DNA from: Ostrea edulis
Taxonomy: Eukaryota
Reading direction: 5' to 3'
Assembly (NCBI RefSeq): GCF_947568905.1
Contig: NC_079169.1
Coordinates: forward strand, 36,456,001 to 36,520,000
DNA length: 64,000 nucleotides
Shown: positions 37,223 through 49,800 of the stretch, in pieces
Numbering within the stretch: position 1 is the stretch's first letter
How the letters are laid out: every line of letters starts with the position of its first letter
Translations under genes and position numbers: made by a program
The notes under the pieces: generated by a model
The model's database searches: none
What the model was told of the DNA's origin: nothing
Seen by the model: the letters and a program-made list of their open reading frames with translations, nothing else

Positions 37223-38046
37223 AGGGAGAGGGCTACAACTCCTTAGGATCTCCGTAATGGTGCAAATGCGGGAGTGATTCACTCCCGCAACATTTGCGCT
37301 CATTCTAAACATTTCCTGACTTTCTTTACGTAAATAAAATGATATTCTATGTTTCTTAGTCAATATATAAATTTACAACCTGCAACTTTAGATTTGTGAG
37401 GCTCTATTCTACCGTTTTCAACAATTTCGATAAATTCCAATTTCTCGATTCATATTTTTGCGCCATGTTTGATGTACTGAAGTTTCAACTTCCGGTTGTC
37501 AAGTCATTTGCATATGCCATATAAGGTAGTATTTACATCAATGGACAAGTATGGAGGCGAAAGCTATTTCGTCGGTATTGAAAAGGTTTGAATTTAATAT
37601 CAAGTTAAAAACCGAACAGCAGAGTGTAAATTCTTTCTGCAATAATATGATTTTCCTTTCTTTGTCGAAGTGGCTCGAGTAACTACATTTTCGCGCTGAT
37701 TGTCAATGTTTAGGCTTTTCATTAGATCCACCTACGAGATCTCGCGATAACAAGCATGGCGGAGCAGACGAAGAATTTTGCATGCTGTACATTATATTTA
37801 ATGAAAAACACCTTTATTAGACATGCCCGAGCACAAAGTTGGTACTCCTTTTGGTGTAAACAACATTTGGGACTAATACACAGAGTTTATTGTCGGTTAT
37901 TCATAAAATTATTTTGCACCATTACGGAGATCCTATGGAATTGTAGCCCTATCCCGAAAACGTCAGAATAAAAAAAAATTGGATAGGGCTACATTATTGC
38001 AGCTAATATAGGTTATAGTGCAATATCCTTGACCCAGGCGCCTATG
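36773..38046. mobile_element. Long-TIR MITE (~140-bp arms); the left arm is interrupted by a palindromic insert
   Basis: 41-bp perfect terminal inverted match CATAGGCGCCTGGGTCAAGGATATTGCACTATAACCTATAT. The match resumes after 37167 (tagctgcaataatgtagccct...ggatctccgtaatggtgcaaa). Confidence 0.82.
36805..37167. mobile_element. 363-bp near-perfect palindrome (foldback MITE)
   Basis: ~170-bp arms with only a few mismatches around a ~19-nt loop (aatagcctacataacaagg). Confidence 0.88.
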
Positions 38047-38593
38047 ATCTGCAGTTATAACGGCAGTCATTACATGACCCGAAAATTATTCTTTTGTTAC
38101 ATATCAATTTGATACCTCATGTCCGTTTGTCTGTCTGTCTTCTGTCTATCGATTGGTCTTACTGCCTGCGCCTGTCTGTCTTTTGTCCTGCCTGTGTGGT
38201 GTTTGTTCTCCTAGTCCAATCAAAACTTGGAGAATTTTAGACTCGGAAAGAGGGGGGGGGGGGGATCTTTGTGGCGTCGTCGTCGTCATCGTTGCTGTTG
38301 TTGTTGGCATGCACAAACCTTACCGCAGTGGTTTCTGAGAAACCGTTCCACCTTAATCGCTGCAAATATAATATATTCATCTTTCACCATTCTTGGGGCC
38401 TATGTCCCCCTCCTACATAAAAGTCGGATGTTAAATGCGCTAAACCGTGCCTATCGTTTAAAAAAAAAAAACATGTGTGAGGTTCTGAGATAACCATCAA
38501 TCTTGCAGATGTCGTCCTTTTCTAGAGGCTCCTGCAATGTTCAAACACCTTGTACCAAGTGTATGAAGCAGTAGTCGTTATTTGATTATTGAC

Positions 38594-38603
38594 CGCACGC
38601 ACG

Positions 38604-38640
<37 letters not shown>

Positions 38641-38652
38641 GCGCGCGCGCGT
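38594..38652. repeat. (CGCA)n(CA)n(CG)n alternating purine-pyrimidine microsatellite
   Basis: Direct reading. Confidence 0.95.
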
Positions 38653-39725
38653 CATGCTATGTTCGATCACTTTGTACTTGAGATTTATAACATGAATAGT
38701 CAAAAGGGGAGCAACGAAACGGGTGGGTAACGAGATGACCCCTCTGGAGCGGCTTAATCAGCTTTACGCAATTTTTTATTTACAGAACTGAACTGAATTT
38801 ATTTACCTCATCACAATTATACCGTTGTATACAGAGATTTAGTATTTTACGGAAAAGTGATGGTAATAAATCATTAAATGTTTTAAGGCATGCGTGTGTA
38901 TGGAGATTGACAACATATACCTTTTAAGATTCTAGTAGTCATTGGGTCGGGAGCATATTTTATTGATATTTCTTATAAAGAAACATAATTTTCTTAGAAA
39001 AGATTGTTTGTTTGAATTCGTTATATTTTTTAATGTGATGATATTCTGAAACGTTTTTGTTTCGGTGATAATCATTGTTTCCTTACATCAATCAGATACT
39101 TGCAATTAAACATGTAGTGAAATACAGGAGGCGAGAATTATTGTGCAATAGGCGAGATGCCTGTTATGAACTACCCTAGTGGGTTTTAAGCATAAACCTC
39201 AAAACCTCCACATCCAAGAGGTATCTAAGTGTTTCTGTGCTTTTAGAATCGACCTGAACATGTTGAGTGTGGGTCTACATGAACGACACACATACATACC
39301 TACTCACAAATACAAGGGTTAAAAGGAATCTACAAGACTTTGGATTTTTTCCCCCGGAATCACCCCCAAAAAGGTGCAGTCCCCGCACGGTATGTAACAA
39401 TTTGTTACAAAGCTAATCAGGAATGGCGACGTTATGTAACAAAAAATAAAGTTGTTACATTGCGTCGCCATTCGTGCTACGATATGTAATCGCTACCTCT
39501 GCGCTGCCCGGACACCCTTGCGCTACCCGGACACCCTTTTAAGAGATGAGTTAGTATAAGTTCGTTATAACAAATTAGTTATCTCATTATAAAAGAATAA
39601 TTATCCCGTTATAACGAGATAGTTATCTCGTTCAAGAGATTAGTTACCTCTTTACAACGAATGGACAATCTCGTTATAAAGCGTTAGTATCTCACGAAAA
39701 AGAGTTACCTGTAGTAACTTGTTGC

Positions 39726-40130
39726 ATAACGAGTTAGTTACCTCACTATAACGAGTTAGTTATTTCGTTATAACGAGTTAGTTACCTCACTATAACGAGT
39801 TAGTTATTTCGTTATAACGAGTTAGTTACCTCACTATAACGAGTTAGTTATTTCGTTATAACGAGTCAGTTACTCGCTATATCGAGTTAGTTATTTCGTT
39901 ATAACGAGTTAGTTACCTCACTATAACGAGTTAGTTATTTCGTTATAACGAGTTAGTTACCTCACTATAACGAGTTAGTTATTTCGTTATAACGAGTTAG
40001 TTACCTCACTATAACGAGTTAGTTATTTCGTTATAACGAGTTAGTTACCTCGCTATATCGAGTTAGTTATTTCGTTATAACGAGTTAGTTACCTCGCTAT
40101 ATCGAGTTAGTTATTTCGTTATAACAAGAT
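39726..40130. repeat. 22-bp minisatellite with strictly alternating variants (44-bp dimer)
   Basis: ataacgagttagttacctcact alternates with ataacgagttagttatttcgtt. Confidence 0.92.
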
Positions 40131-41145
40131 ACTTACTGGTTATAACGGGATAATCTCATTATAATGAGATATCTATCAAGTTATAATGGGACTGTCGTTA
40201 AAGAGACTGATTCACGTTTTAAAATATTTTTTGTTGGGTTAAATATAAAACATATAACTCATTTAATGTTGATAGCCAAACTCTGACCTTCTGAATGCAA
40301 GGATAGGGGCCTAAGAGCAATGTTTATCTGTGTTATGTAAACAAACTCTAGTGAACGGTTAATTCTTTAATATAAAGCTTATTGATTTTACACAGTCCCA
40401 TATTTAATTTTTGGATGGCACATTTTACCCGAAGAATACTTGAAGTGTAATATACATTATAATAAACTTAGATCGATATCCATTTCTTTAAACATCTTTG
40501 TTTAGAAAACAAATAATAAACTCTCTAAAATGAGCTTCTCAAAAATGAACTCATCCAACTTTCGAAAACTGTTGGCGTATTTTGAAAATAAATTAATGAT
40601 TAAAAACTGAGTTGATCTGATACCAACGCTTTTTCGATTATTCTTTCTGGGAACCGAAAATATTCAAGGACTATTTGATCATTTTACAATTTAGACGTAT
40701 CGTCACAGCGCCATGTTTACATATATTAACTAGACCATTGTGTATAATTGAATACGTTTTATATAAATTTCCGGATACAAACCATTGGAAATGTTACACG
40801 GACTCCCTAAACAGCAGCACAGAGACCCCCGCCAGAGAAGTGATATCCCCAATGAAATATCGGGAATTAATATCTCTTTATTTTAAAGTTTACATGATGA
40901 TATTTAGCTGAGAATTAATTATGGAAAATGTTTGATTGGTTTTCTTGTTAATCTATTTGGTGCGAATTCCAGAAAATCGTCAATATCTCCTTTGTTGCGA
41001 TAAGGTCACTTCTGGCAACGGTAATCCCAAATGTTAACATTCCGCTGAAGCACTGGATTGAATTCCATGCAGTTTATTCTGGCGTACATCTCCATACGAC
41101 TAAGCACCACCAAGATCTGAACTACCTGTGCTATTGTATTTCATT

Positions 41146-41519
41146 ACAGGTTAACATTGTTATATTTGACAGGACCCCCTAAACAGGTTAACATTGTTAT
41201 ATTTGACAGGACCCCCTAAACAGGTTAACATTGTTATATTTGACAGGATCCCCTAAACAGGTTAACATTGTTATATTTTACAGGACCCCCTAAACAGGTT
41301 AACATTGTTATATTTTACAGGACCCCCTAAACAGGTTAACATTGTTATATTTTACAGGACCCCCTAAACAGGTTAACATTGTTATATTTTACAGGATCCC
41401 CTAAACAGGTTAACATTGTTATATTTTACAGGACCCCCTAAACAGGTTAACATTGTTATATTTTACAGGACCCCCTAAACAGGTTAACATTGTTATATTT
41501 TACAGGATCCCCTAAACAG
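41146..41519. repeat. 37-bp minisatellite, about 10 copies
   Basis: Unit acaggttaacattgttatattttacaggaccccctaa. Confidence 0.95.
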
Positions 41520-42680
41520 CAGCACAGTGTTTAGTCACTTTTGACATGAACGTGTGTGTTTAAAAGAAGAAAAATAATAATATCCTAGAATATATCTAGT
41601 ATACAGAATGATTTTACCATTTCATTTGTGTAAAATAATAAAATGTTAACACATGCAATACTAAAGATGCCACACGCTGGAGTGACGTCTCAATAGCGGA
41701 AGGGGACTATAGGCACAATGAATAGCAGTAATCTGAAAAGACACGAATTACGGCCCTATTTGACGTAAGGTCCACGGAGACTACGGGACCAGTAGTTTCA
41801 GTCCGTTCTTTTAAATGAAAATACGATGCAACTGATGTGCTTGATCTCCGACTGTATGAAAGTCGGTGGATCGGGACTTCTCTGTTCTTTATCGAAATGA
41901 GCTGTGTTGATAGATAAACCAAGTGACACCACCGCAGTGAAAATGAGATTTCTTTTCGGATAAACTGTTTTTGATTACAAAGAACTTCGATTTTTGTCAA
42001 TGATTACGGTCGCAACAGTCGCAATTTATCTCTTGGTCGGAATTGTCGCACATTGCCCTCCAATATAACGGAACAAATAAATTTACTTCTTAGATATATC
42101 GGTAGATTTTTAGTGGAAGTTATACTACTTCAGCTGTAGTAAAAGATTATACTATAACAAAGATTGGCGAAACCACGTTCTCAAACAAATTTTAAAGTTG
42201 TATACCAATTGGCAAATCTTTAAGTAAACGCTTTATTTTTTTCAATAAACAAAACATGACTTTCCTACTTTGTTCAAGTAACTGGTTTTCTACAGATTTT
42301 CACCACTGCATTTGAAGTTGGGTATATATGTCGTGTTCTTTGGATATTACCGTAGGAATGTAATGCATGTTTTGTTTTACCAAGTTATATAAGTTATACA
42401 CTTATTATGCAATTTAACTCAATCAGATTAAAAAGTAATCAAGCTAATTTCTTATTCAGTCATGTATTCTCAGAGTCGGATAGTGAACATCCCGTTTCGA
42501 AATATTTATGATCACGTGTCGGACGTTACAAGCTGACGGAATAAGGTCATTTGCAGAGGATTAATTGTTTTACAAAGACTGGACAACTTTCAAAAACTCT
42601 TCAGGTGTCATCTCTTTATTGAAATCATATTAGGGATACTATCATGTCAAAACCTATGAAATCATCAACTTAGGTATTCA

Positions 42681-43176
42681 ATGAAAGATGAAGATAAGAA
42701 CAGTGATCAATCTCATAACCCCTATAAGGAATACAAAATACAGAGTTGGACAAACACAGACCCTTGGTGATCATGTGCCTAGGAGGAGTAAGCATCCCCT
42801 GTCTACCGGTCACACCCGTTGTGAGCCATATATCTTGATCAGGTAAATGGAGTCATCTGTAGTCAAAATCAGTAGCCTAACAGCCGGTGTGAAAAACGTC
42901 AGACCCAATGATAGGCTGTATTAGCAAACTAGATCATTACAACCACCATAGAATTTGCGAAATGCTGACTTTAAACTAGACTGTTGAAACCCCTCTAACA
43001 TCAGCTTGTTTGTCATTTGTCTGCCTCGATTTAAAAACTGATCATACGCAGAACAAGCTCTTGGATATCAAATCAGTTGAGAGATATAAACATATATAGG
43101 TGATGATGAAATATTGCTACATAAATATGGAAAGTTGACGATGAAGAAGCTGAAGTCATACCGTTTGTCATAAAGT
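42681..43176 (-). mobile_element. Penelope-like 3' fragment, second copy
   Basis: Minus strand reads YDKRYDFSFFIVNFP..., followed by the same 3' UTR as 32160-32717. Confidence 0.62.
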
Positions 43177-43293
43177 ATAACAACCATGTTTCATATCTAA
43201 TAAAGTATAACAACCATGTTTCATATCTAATAAAGTATAACAACCATGTTTCATATCTAATAAAGTATAACAACCATGTTTCATATCTAATAA
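43170..43293. repeat. 30-bp tandem repeat x4 at the 5' truncation point of the Penelope-like fragment
   Basis: Unit ataaagtataacaaccatgtttcatatcta. Confidence 0.92.
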
Positions 43294-43956
43294 ATGGATC
43301 GCGGATTTTTGTAATCATGATATCATTTTGAAGGGTCCCTCAAATAAAAATTTTCCACCATAGGGATTTTCAAAATTTTATTTACTGCTTGATTTATTTC
43401 ACCTGGAATTTTACATTGAAGTATATGGGAAGAGCGTGTTTTATTAAAATATCCTGACTGGTAAAAGAAATTATATTTTCAAACAAATCTCTAATAAGCC
43501 GTTAGCAAGTTGTGCAACCAGGCACATTAATCATTTACCGCACACAATTCTAGAAAATTAGAGTTTTCCTAACTTTACTATGGGAGGATAACTCATCAAA
43601 AAGTCTCAAGTGTAAAAAGATCAGCTTCTAGTCATCTATCGGTCATGTGAATTTCATCTACTGTCATTCAAAATTGTTCATTAAATTATCTCTTCGTTAA
43701 ACACTGAATACCTTAATCACTATTCAAATGTTTAAAATGCTCCAAAATGTTTCAAGACTAGCTTTGTTTTCAATAACTTCGTCCTGGCATTTCAGTACGA
43801 TATTAAACGAATTATTCACTTTGTTCTGAATAGAATGAAGTCTGCCTGTGTCACAGAAATCCCAATAGATTTGCCAAAGATAATTTACATATAGAATTAT
43901 GAAATATTTCAAGTAAGTGTACAATATCACCTTGAAATGTATTTTTCCAGCAGAAG

Positions 43957-45690
43957 AATTTTGACCTCTCTATTGTCAACCAGAATAATATCAGCATTTC
44001 TATTGTTAAACAGAAGAATGTTGACCTCTCTATTGTCAACCCATCATCGTAAACCCACGGTTGATTACGCTTCGTTCCTCTCTCCATTACCCGTGGGTCC
44101 ATTCATTCCTACTCTCTCATTCTCATGAATAATTAATGAGGCAATTTGATTGGGCGCTTATAGTACACCCTGAGCGAATTCGTCCAATCAACACAAGACG
44201 CTTTTAGTCAAATTTCGGTGATGGAGAAAGGAACGAAGCGCAATCAACCAAGGGTTTCGGACGATGTTGTCAACCAGAAGAATGTTAATCTCTCTATTGT
44301 CAACCATAATAATATTGACCTCTCTATTGTTGACCAGAAGAATGTTAACATTTCTATTGTTGACCAGAAGAATGTTGACATCTCTATTGTTGACCAGAAG
44401 AATGTGGACATCTCTATTGTTGACCAGAAGAATGTTGACATCTCTATTGTCAACCAGAAGAATGTTGACATTTCTATTGTCAACCAGAAGAATGTTAACA
44501 TCTCTATTGTTGACCAGAAGAATGTTGACATCTCTATTATTAATCAGAAGAATGTTAACATATCTATTGTTAACCAGAAGAATGTTGACATCTCTGTTGT
44601 TGACCAGAAGAATATTGACATCTCTGTTGTTGACCAGAAGAATGTTGACATCTATATTATTAACCAGAAGAATGTTGATATCTCTATTGTTGACCAGAAG
44701 AATGTTGACATTTCTATTGTTGACCAGAAGAATGTTGACATCTGTATTGTTGACCAGACGAATGTTAATCTCTCTATTGTTAAGCAGAAAAATATTGAGC
44801 TCTCTATTTTTGACCAGAAGAATGTTAACATCTCTATGGTTAACCAGAAGAATGTTAACCTCTCTATTGTTGACCAAAGGAATGCTAATCTCTATTGTCA
44901 ACCAGAAGAATATTGACCTCTCTATTGTTGACCAGACGAATGTTGACATCTCTATTGTTGACCAGAAGAATGTTGACATTTCTATCGTTAATCAGAAGAA
45001 TATTGACCTCTTTACTGTCAACCAGATGAATATTAACATCTCTGTTGTTGACCAGAAGAATGTTGACATCTCTATTGTCAACCAGAAGAATGTTGACATC
45101 TCTATTGTCAACCAGAAGAATGTTGATATCTCTATTGTTGATCAGAAGAATGTTGACATTTCTATTGTTGACCAGAAGAATATTGACATCTCTATTGTTG
45201 ACCAAAAGAATGTTAATCTCTCTATTGTTAAACAGAAAAATATTGACCTCTCTATTGTCAACCAGAAGAATATTGACTCTCTATTGTTGACCAGAAGAAT
45301 GTTAACATCTCTATTGTTGACCAGGAGAATGTTGACATCTCTATTGTTAATCAGAAGAATATTGACCTCTCTATTGTCAACCAGAAGAATATTGACCTCT
45401 CTATTGTTGACCAGAAGAATGTTGACGTCTCTATTGTATTCAGAAGAATATTGACCTCTCTATTGTCAACCAGATGAATGTTAACATCTCTATTGTTGAC
45501 CAAAAGAATGTTAATCTCTCTATTGTCAACCAGAGGAATATTGGCCTCCCTATTGTTAATCAGAAGAATGTTAACATCTCTATTGTTGTCCAGAAGAATG
45601 TTAACATCTCTATTGTTGACCAAAAGAATGTTAACATCTCTATGGTTAATCAGAAGAATATTGACCTCTCTATTGTCAACCAGAAGAATA
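43957..45690. repeat. 30-bp minisatellite (~50 copies), interrupted by a MITE
   Basis: Unit gaccagaagaatgttgacatctctattgtt. Explains the DQKNVDISIV, LLTRRMLTS and VNNRDVNILL ORFs. Confidence 0.95.
44042..44266. mobile_element. 225-bp MITE with ~45-bp imperfect TIRs and 9-bp TSD (Mutator-like)
   Basis: TTGTCAACC at 44033-44041 and 44267-44275. Ends catcatcgtaaacccacggttgattacgcttcgttcctctctccat / atggagaaaggaacgaagcgcaatcaaccaagggtttcggacgatg. Confidence 0.85.
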
Positions 45691-45952
45691 TTAAATTCTC
45701 ACACTGATAGCATAGTTTGCGATTCACTCTCGTAGAAAAATAGATATCGTTAAATTATCGAAGATATTTCTATAGAATATGAAAAACAATTGCAAATTGT
45801 TAGTAAATATTAACATGTGTGGGGTATAAAATATAAGGAACTTAGTGATATGAAATGAATATTGATACGTTTTGGAATTACAATATCAAATCTACCCAAT
45901 TCATTGATTAATCTGTGAATTTTTAAAGAAATGAAGCATTTAGTATTATAAG

Positions 45953-46165
45953 GTATACTGATTTTGACAACGGATAACTCCGTTTACCTGATCAAGATAT
46001 AGGGCTCACAGCGGGTGTGATCGGTCGACAGGGGATGCTTACTCCTCCTAGGCACCTGCTTCCACCTCTGGTATGCCCAATGGCCCATGTTTACCCTACT
46101 CTTAATATCTTATTCTTCGTAAGAATTATGGGAATTATCATTGTTCGTTATCTTCATCTTTTCAT
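45953..46165 (+). mobile_element. Penelope-like 3' UTR fragment, third copy
   Basis: ggggatgcttactcctcctaggcacctg...ttgttcgttatcttca is shared with the other two copies. Confidence 0.65.
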
Positions 46166-46415
46166 CTTAAGCCAAAAACAGAAGATTCTTAGAGCTATCA
46201 ATAATATTCACACAAACAGAATAATTTATCAAAGATATTGCAAAGAATAAATAATAAGCACCTTCTCTTTGTCACAAAAAATGTTGGGAGAGACATTCCC
46301 GTCTGTATGAATAGTAGCTAAGCAATTGTAATCTGTTGTGGAACATATTCATTTCACGCTTGCCAATTATAAAGTGATAAAAGTTTCGAATATTTTTCGA
46401 GTGGAAGTCTCGTGT

Positions 46416-46446
<31 letters not shown>

Positions 46447-46877
46447 GGGGGGGGGCTGCGAAAAGTTATTTTCTATTGAGAATACGCTCTTTGTAGAAAA
46501 CCTAATTTTTTATGCGCAGGACCAATTTAATCCAGGTGATCGTTGTGACCCTTGGGTCTCTTGGGTTTATACGTACTGCTTATTACATGTATATTGTTGA
46601 TGTATGATCTCGAGGGAAAAGTCAACCAGCATGTCCATTCTCAGTAACTAAGAGTCAGCTGTATGGTGTGTTTGCCCATGAGTCCATCAAAGGGAACTTT
46701 AAATGGCCATATTTTGGAAGTGTTGAAAAACGGGCCATTTTTTAAAATTTACAGCAGTATATAAGTATGTTCACAAAGAGTCTTACTCCCGAGTCCTATT
46801 GCGGGGTACATATTACTAAAATATTAGCTGTACTACGCTTCTTTACGTTACAGACAAGTAGATTTACAGTGGAAAAC

Positions 46878-49800
46878 GTCAGTTTGCTTCAGACTTTCCT
46901 GTAATGGTTCTATATCAGTTTGCTTCAGACTTTCCTGTAATGGTTCTACATCAGTTTGCTTCAGACATTCTTGCAATGCTTCTACATCAGTTTGCTTCAG
47001 ACTTTCTTGTAATGGTTCTACATCAGTTTGCTTCAGACTTTCTTGTAATAGTTCTACGTCAGTTTGCTTCAGACTTTCCTGTAATGGTTCTACGTCAGTT
47101 TGCTTCAGACTTTCTTGTAATAGTTCTACGTCAGTTTGCTTCAGACTTTCCTGTAATGGTTCTACATCAGTTTGCTTCAGACTTTCTTGTAATGGTTCTA
47201 CGTCAGTTTGCTTCAGACTTTCCTGTAATGGTTCTACGTCAGTTTGCTTCAGACTTTCCTGTAATGGTTCTATATCAGTTTGCTTCAGACTTTCTTGTAA
47301 AGGTTCTACGTCAGTTTGCTTCAGACTTTCCTGTAATGGTTCTACATCAGTTTGCTTAAGACTTTCTTGTAATGGTTCTACGTCAGTTTGCTTCAGACTT
47401 TCTTGTAATGGTTCTACGTCAGTTTGCTTCAAACTTTCTTGTAAAGGTTCTACGTCAGTTTGCTTCAGACTTTCTTGTAAAGGTTCTACGTCAGTTTGCT
47501 TCAGACTTTCTTGTAAAGGTTCTACGTCAGTTTGCTTAAGACTTTCTTGTAATGGTTCTACGTCAGTTTGCTTCAGACTTTCTTTTAAAGGTTCTACGTC
47601 AGTTTGCTTCAGACTTTCCTGTAATGGTTCTACATCAGTTTGCTTAAGACTTTCTTGTAATGGTTCTACGTCAGTTTGCTTCAGACTTTCCTGTAATGGT
47701 TCTACGTCAGTTTGCTTCAGACTTTCTTGTAATGGTTCTATATCAGTTTGCTTCAGACTTTCCTGTAATGGTTCTACATCAGTTTGCTTCAGACTTTCTT
47801 GTAATGGTTCTACGTCAGTTTGCTTCAGACTTTCTTGCTAGTGATGGTACTATGTCAGTTTGCTTCAGACTTTCTTGTAATGGTTCTACGTCAGTTTGCT
47901 TCAGACTTTCTTGCTAGTGATGGTACTATGTCAGTTTGCTTCAGACTTTCTTTAATGGTTCTACGTCAGTTTACTTCAGACTTTCTTGTAATGGTTCTAC
48001 GTCAGTTTGCTTCAGACTTTCTTGCTAGTGATGGTACTATGTCAGTTTGCTTCAGACTTTCCTGTAATGGTTCTACGTCAGTTTGCTTCAGACTTTCTTG
48101 CTAGTGATGGTACTATGTCAGTTTGCTTCAGACTTTCTTGTAATGGTTCTACGTCAGTTTGCTTCAGACTTTCTTGTAATGGTTCTACGTCAGTTTGCTT
48201 CAGACTTTCCTGTAATGGTTCTACATCAGTTTGCTTCAGACTTTCTTGTAATGGTTCTACGTCAGTTTGCTTCAGACTTTCCTGTAATGGTTCTACGTCA
48301 GTTTGATTCAGACTTTCCTGTAATGGTTCTATATCAGTTTGCTTCAGACTTTCTTGTAAAGGTTCTACGTCAGTTTGCTTCAGACTTTCCTGTAATGGTT
48401 CTACATCAGTTTGCTTAAGACTTTCTTGTAATGGTTCTACGTCAGTTTGCTTCAGACTTTCTTGTAATGGTTCTACGTCAGTTTGCTTCAGACTTTCTTG
48501 TAATGGTTCTACGTCAGTTTGCTTCAGACTTTCTTGTAAAGGTTCTACGTCAGTTTGCTTCAAACTTTCTTGTAAAGGTTCTACGTCAGTTTGCTTAAGA
48601 CTTTCTTGTAATGGTTCTACGTCAGTTTGCTTCAGACTTTCTTGTAAAGGTTCTACGTCAGTTTGCTTCAGACTTTCTTGTAAAGGTTCTAAGTCAGTTT
48701 GCTTCAGACTTTCCTGTAATGGTTCTACATCAGTTTGCTTAAGACTTTCTTGTAATGGTTCTACGTCAGTTTGCTTCAGACTTTCCTGTAATGGTTCTAC
48801 GTCAGTTTGCTTCAGACTTTCCTGTAATGGTTCTATATCAGTTTGCTTCAGACTTTCCTGTAATGGTTCTACATCAGTTTGCTTCAGACTTTCTTGTAAT
48901 GGTTCTACGTCAGTTTGCTTCAGACTTTCTTGCTAATGATGGTACTATGTCAGTTTGCTTCAGACTTTCTTGTAATGGTTCTACGTCAGTTTGCTTCAGA
49001 CTTTCTTGCTAGTGATGGTACTATGTCAGTTTGCTTCAGACTTTCTTTAATGGTTCTACGTCAGTTTACTTCAGACTTTCTTGTAATGGTTCTACGTCAG
49101 TTTGCTTCAGACTTTCTTGCTAGTGATGGTACTATGTCAGTTTGCTTCAGACTTTCTTGTAATGGTTCTACGTCAGTTTGCTTAAGACTTTCTTGTAAAG
49201 GTTCTACGTCAGTTTGCTTAAGACTTTCTTGTAATGGTTCTACGTCAGTTTGCTTCAGACTTTCCTGTAATGGTTCTACGTCAGTTTGCTTCAGACTTTC
49301 TTGTAATGGTTCTATATCAGTTTGCTTCAGACTTTCCTGTAATGGTTCTACATCAGTTTGCTTCAGACTTTCTTGTAATGGTTCTACGTCAGTTTGCTTC
49401 AGACTTTCTTGCTAGTGATGGTACTATGTCAGTTTGCTTCAGACTTTCTTGTAATGGTTCTACGTCAGTTTGCTTCAGACTTTCTTGCTAGTGATGGTAC
49501 TATGTCAGTTTGCTTCAGACTTTCTTTAATGGTTCTACGTCAGTTTACTTCAGACTTTCTTGTAATGGTTCTACGTCAGTTTGCTTCAGACTTTCTTGCT
49601 AGTGATGGTACTATGTCAGTTTGCTTCAGACTTTCCTGTAATGGTTCTACGTCAGTTTGCTTCAGACTTTCTTGCTAGTGATGGTACTATGTCAGTTTGC
49701 TTCAGACTTTCTTGTAATGGTTCTACGTCAGTTTGCTTCAGACTTTCTTGCTAATGATGGTACTATGTCAGTTTGCTTCAGACTTTCTTGTAATGGTTCT

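Noticed and set aside
41707-42000. 97-aa minus-strand ORF in moderately GC-rich sequence
   Set aside because: No recognisable domain or convincing splice sites; it cannot be supported without expression data.
44188-45735. (DQKNVDISIV)n beta-solenoid-like ORFs
   Set aside because: A 30-bp minisatellite with frameshifting indels and a MITE insertion.
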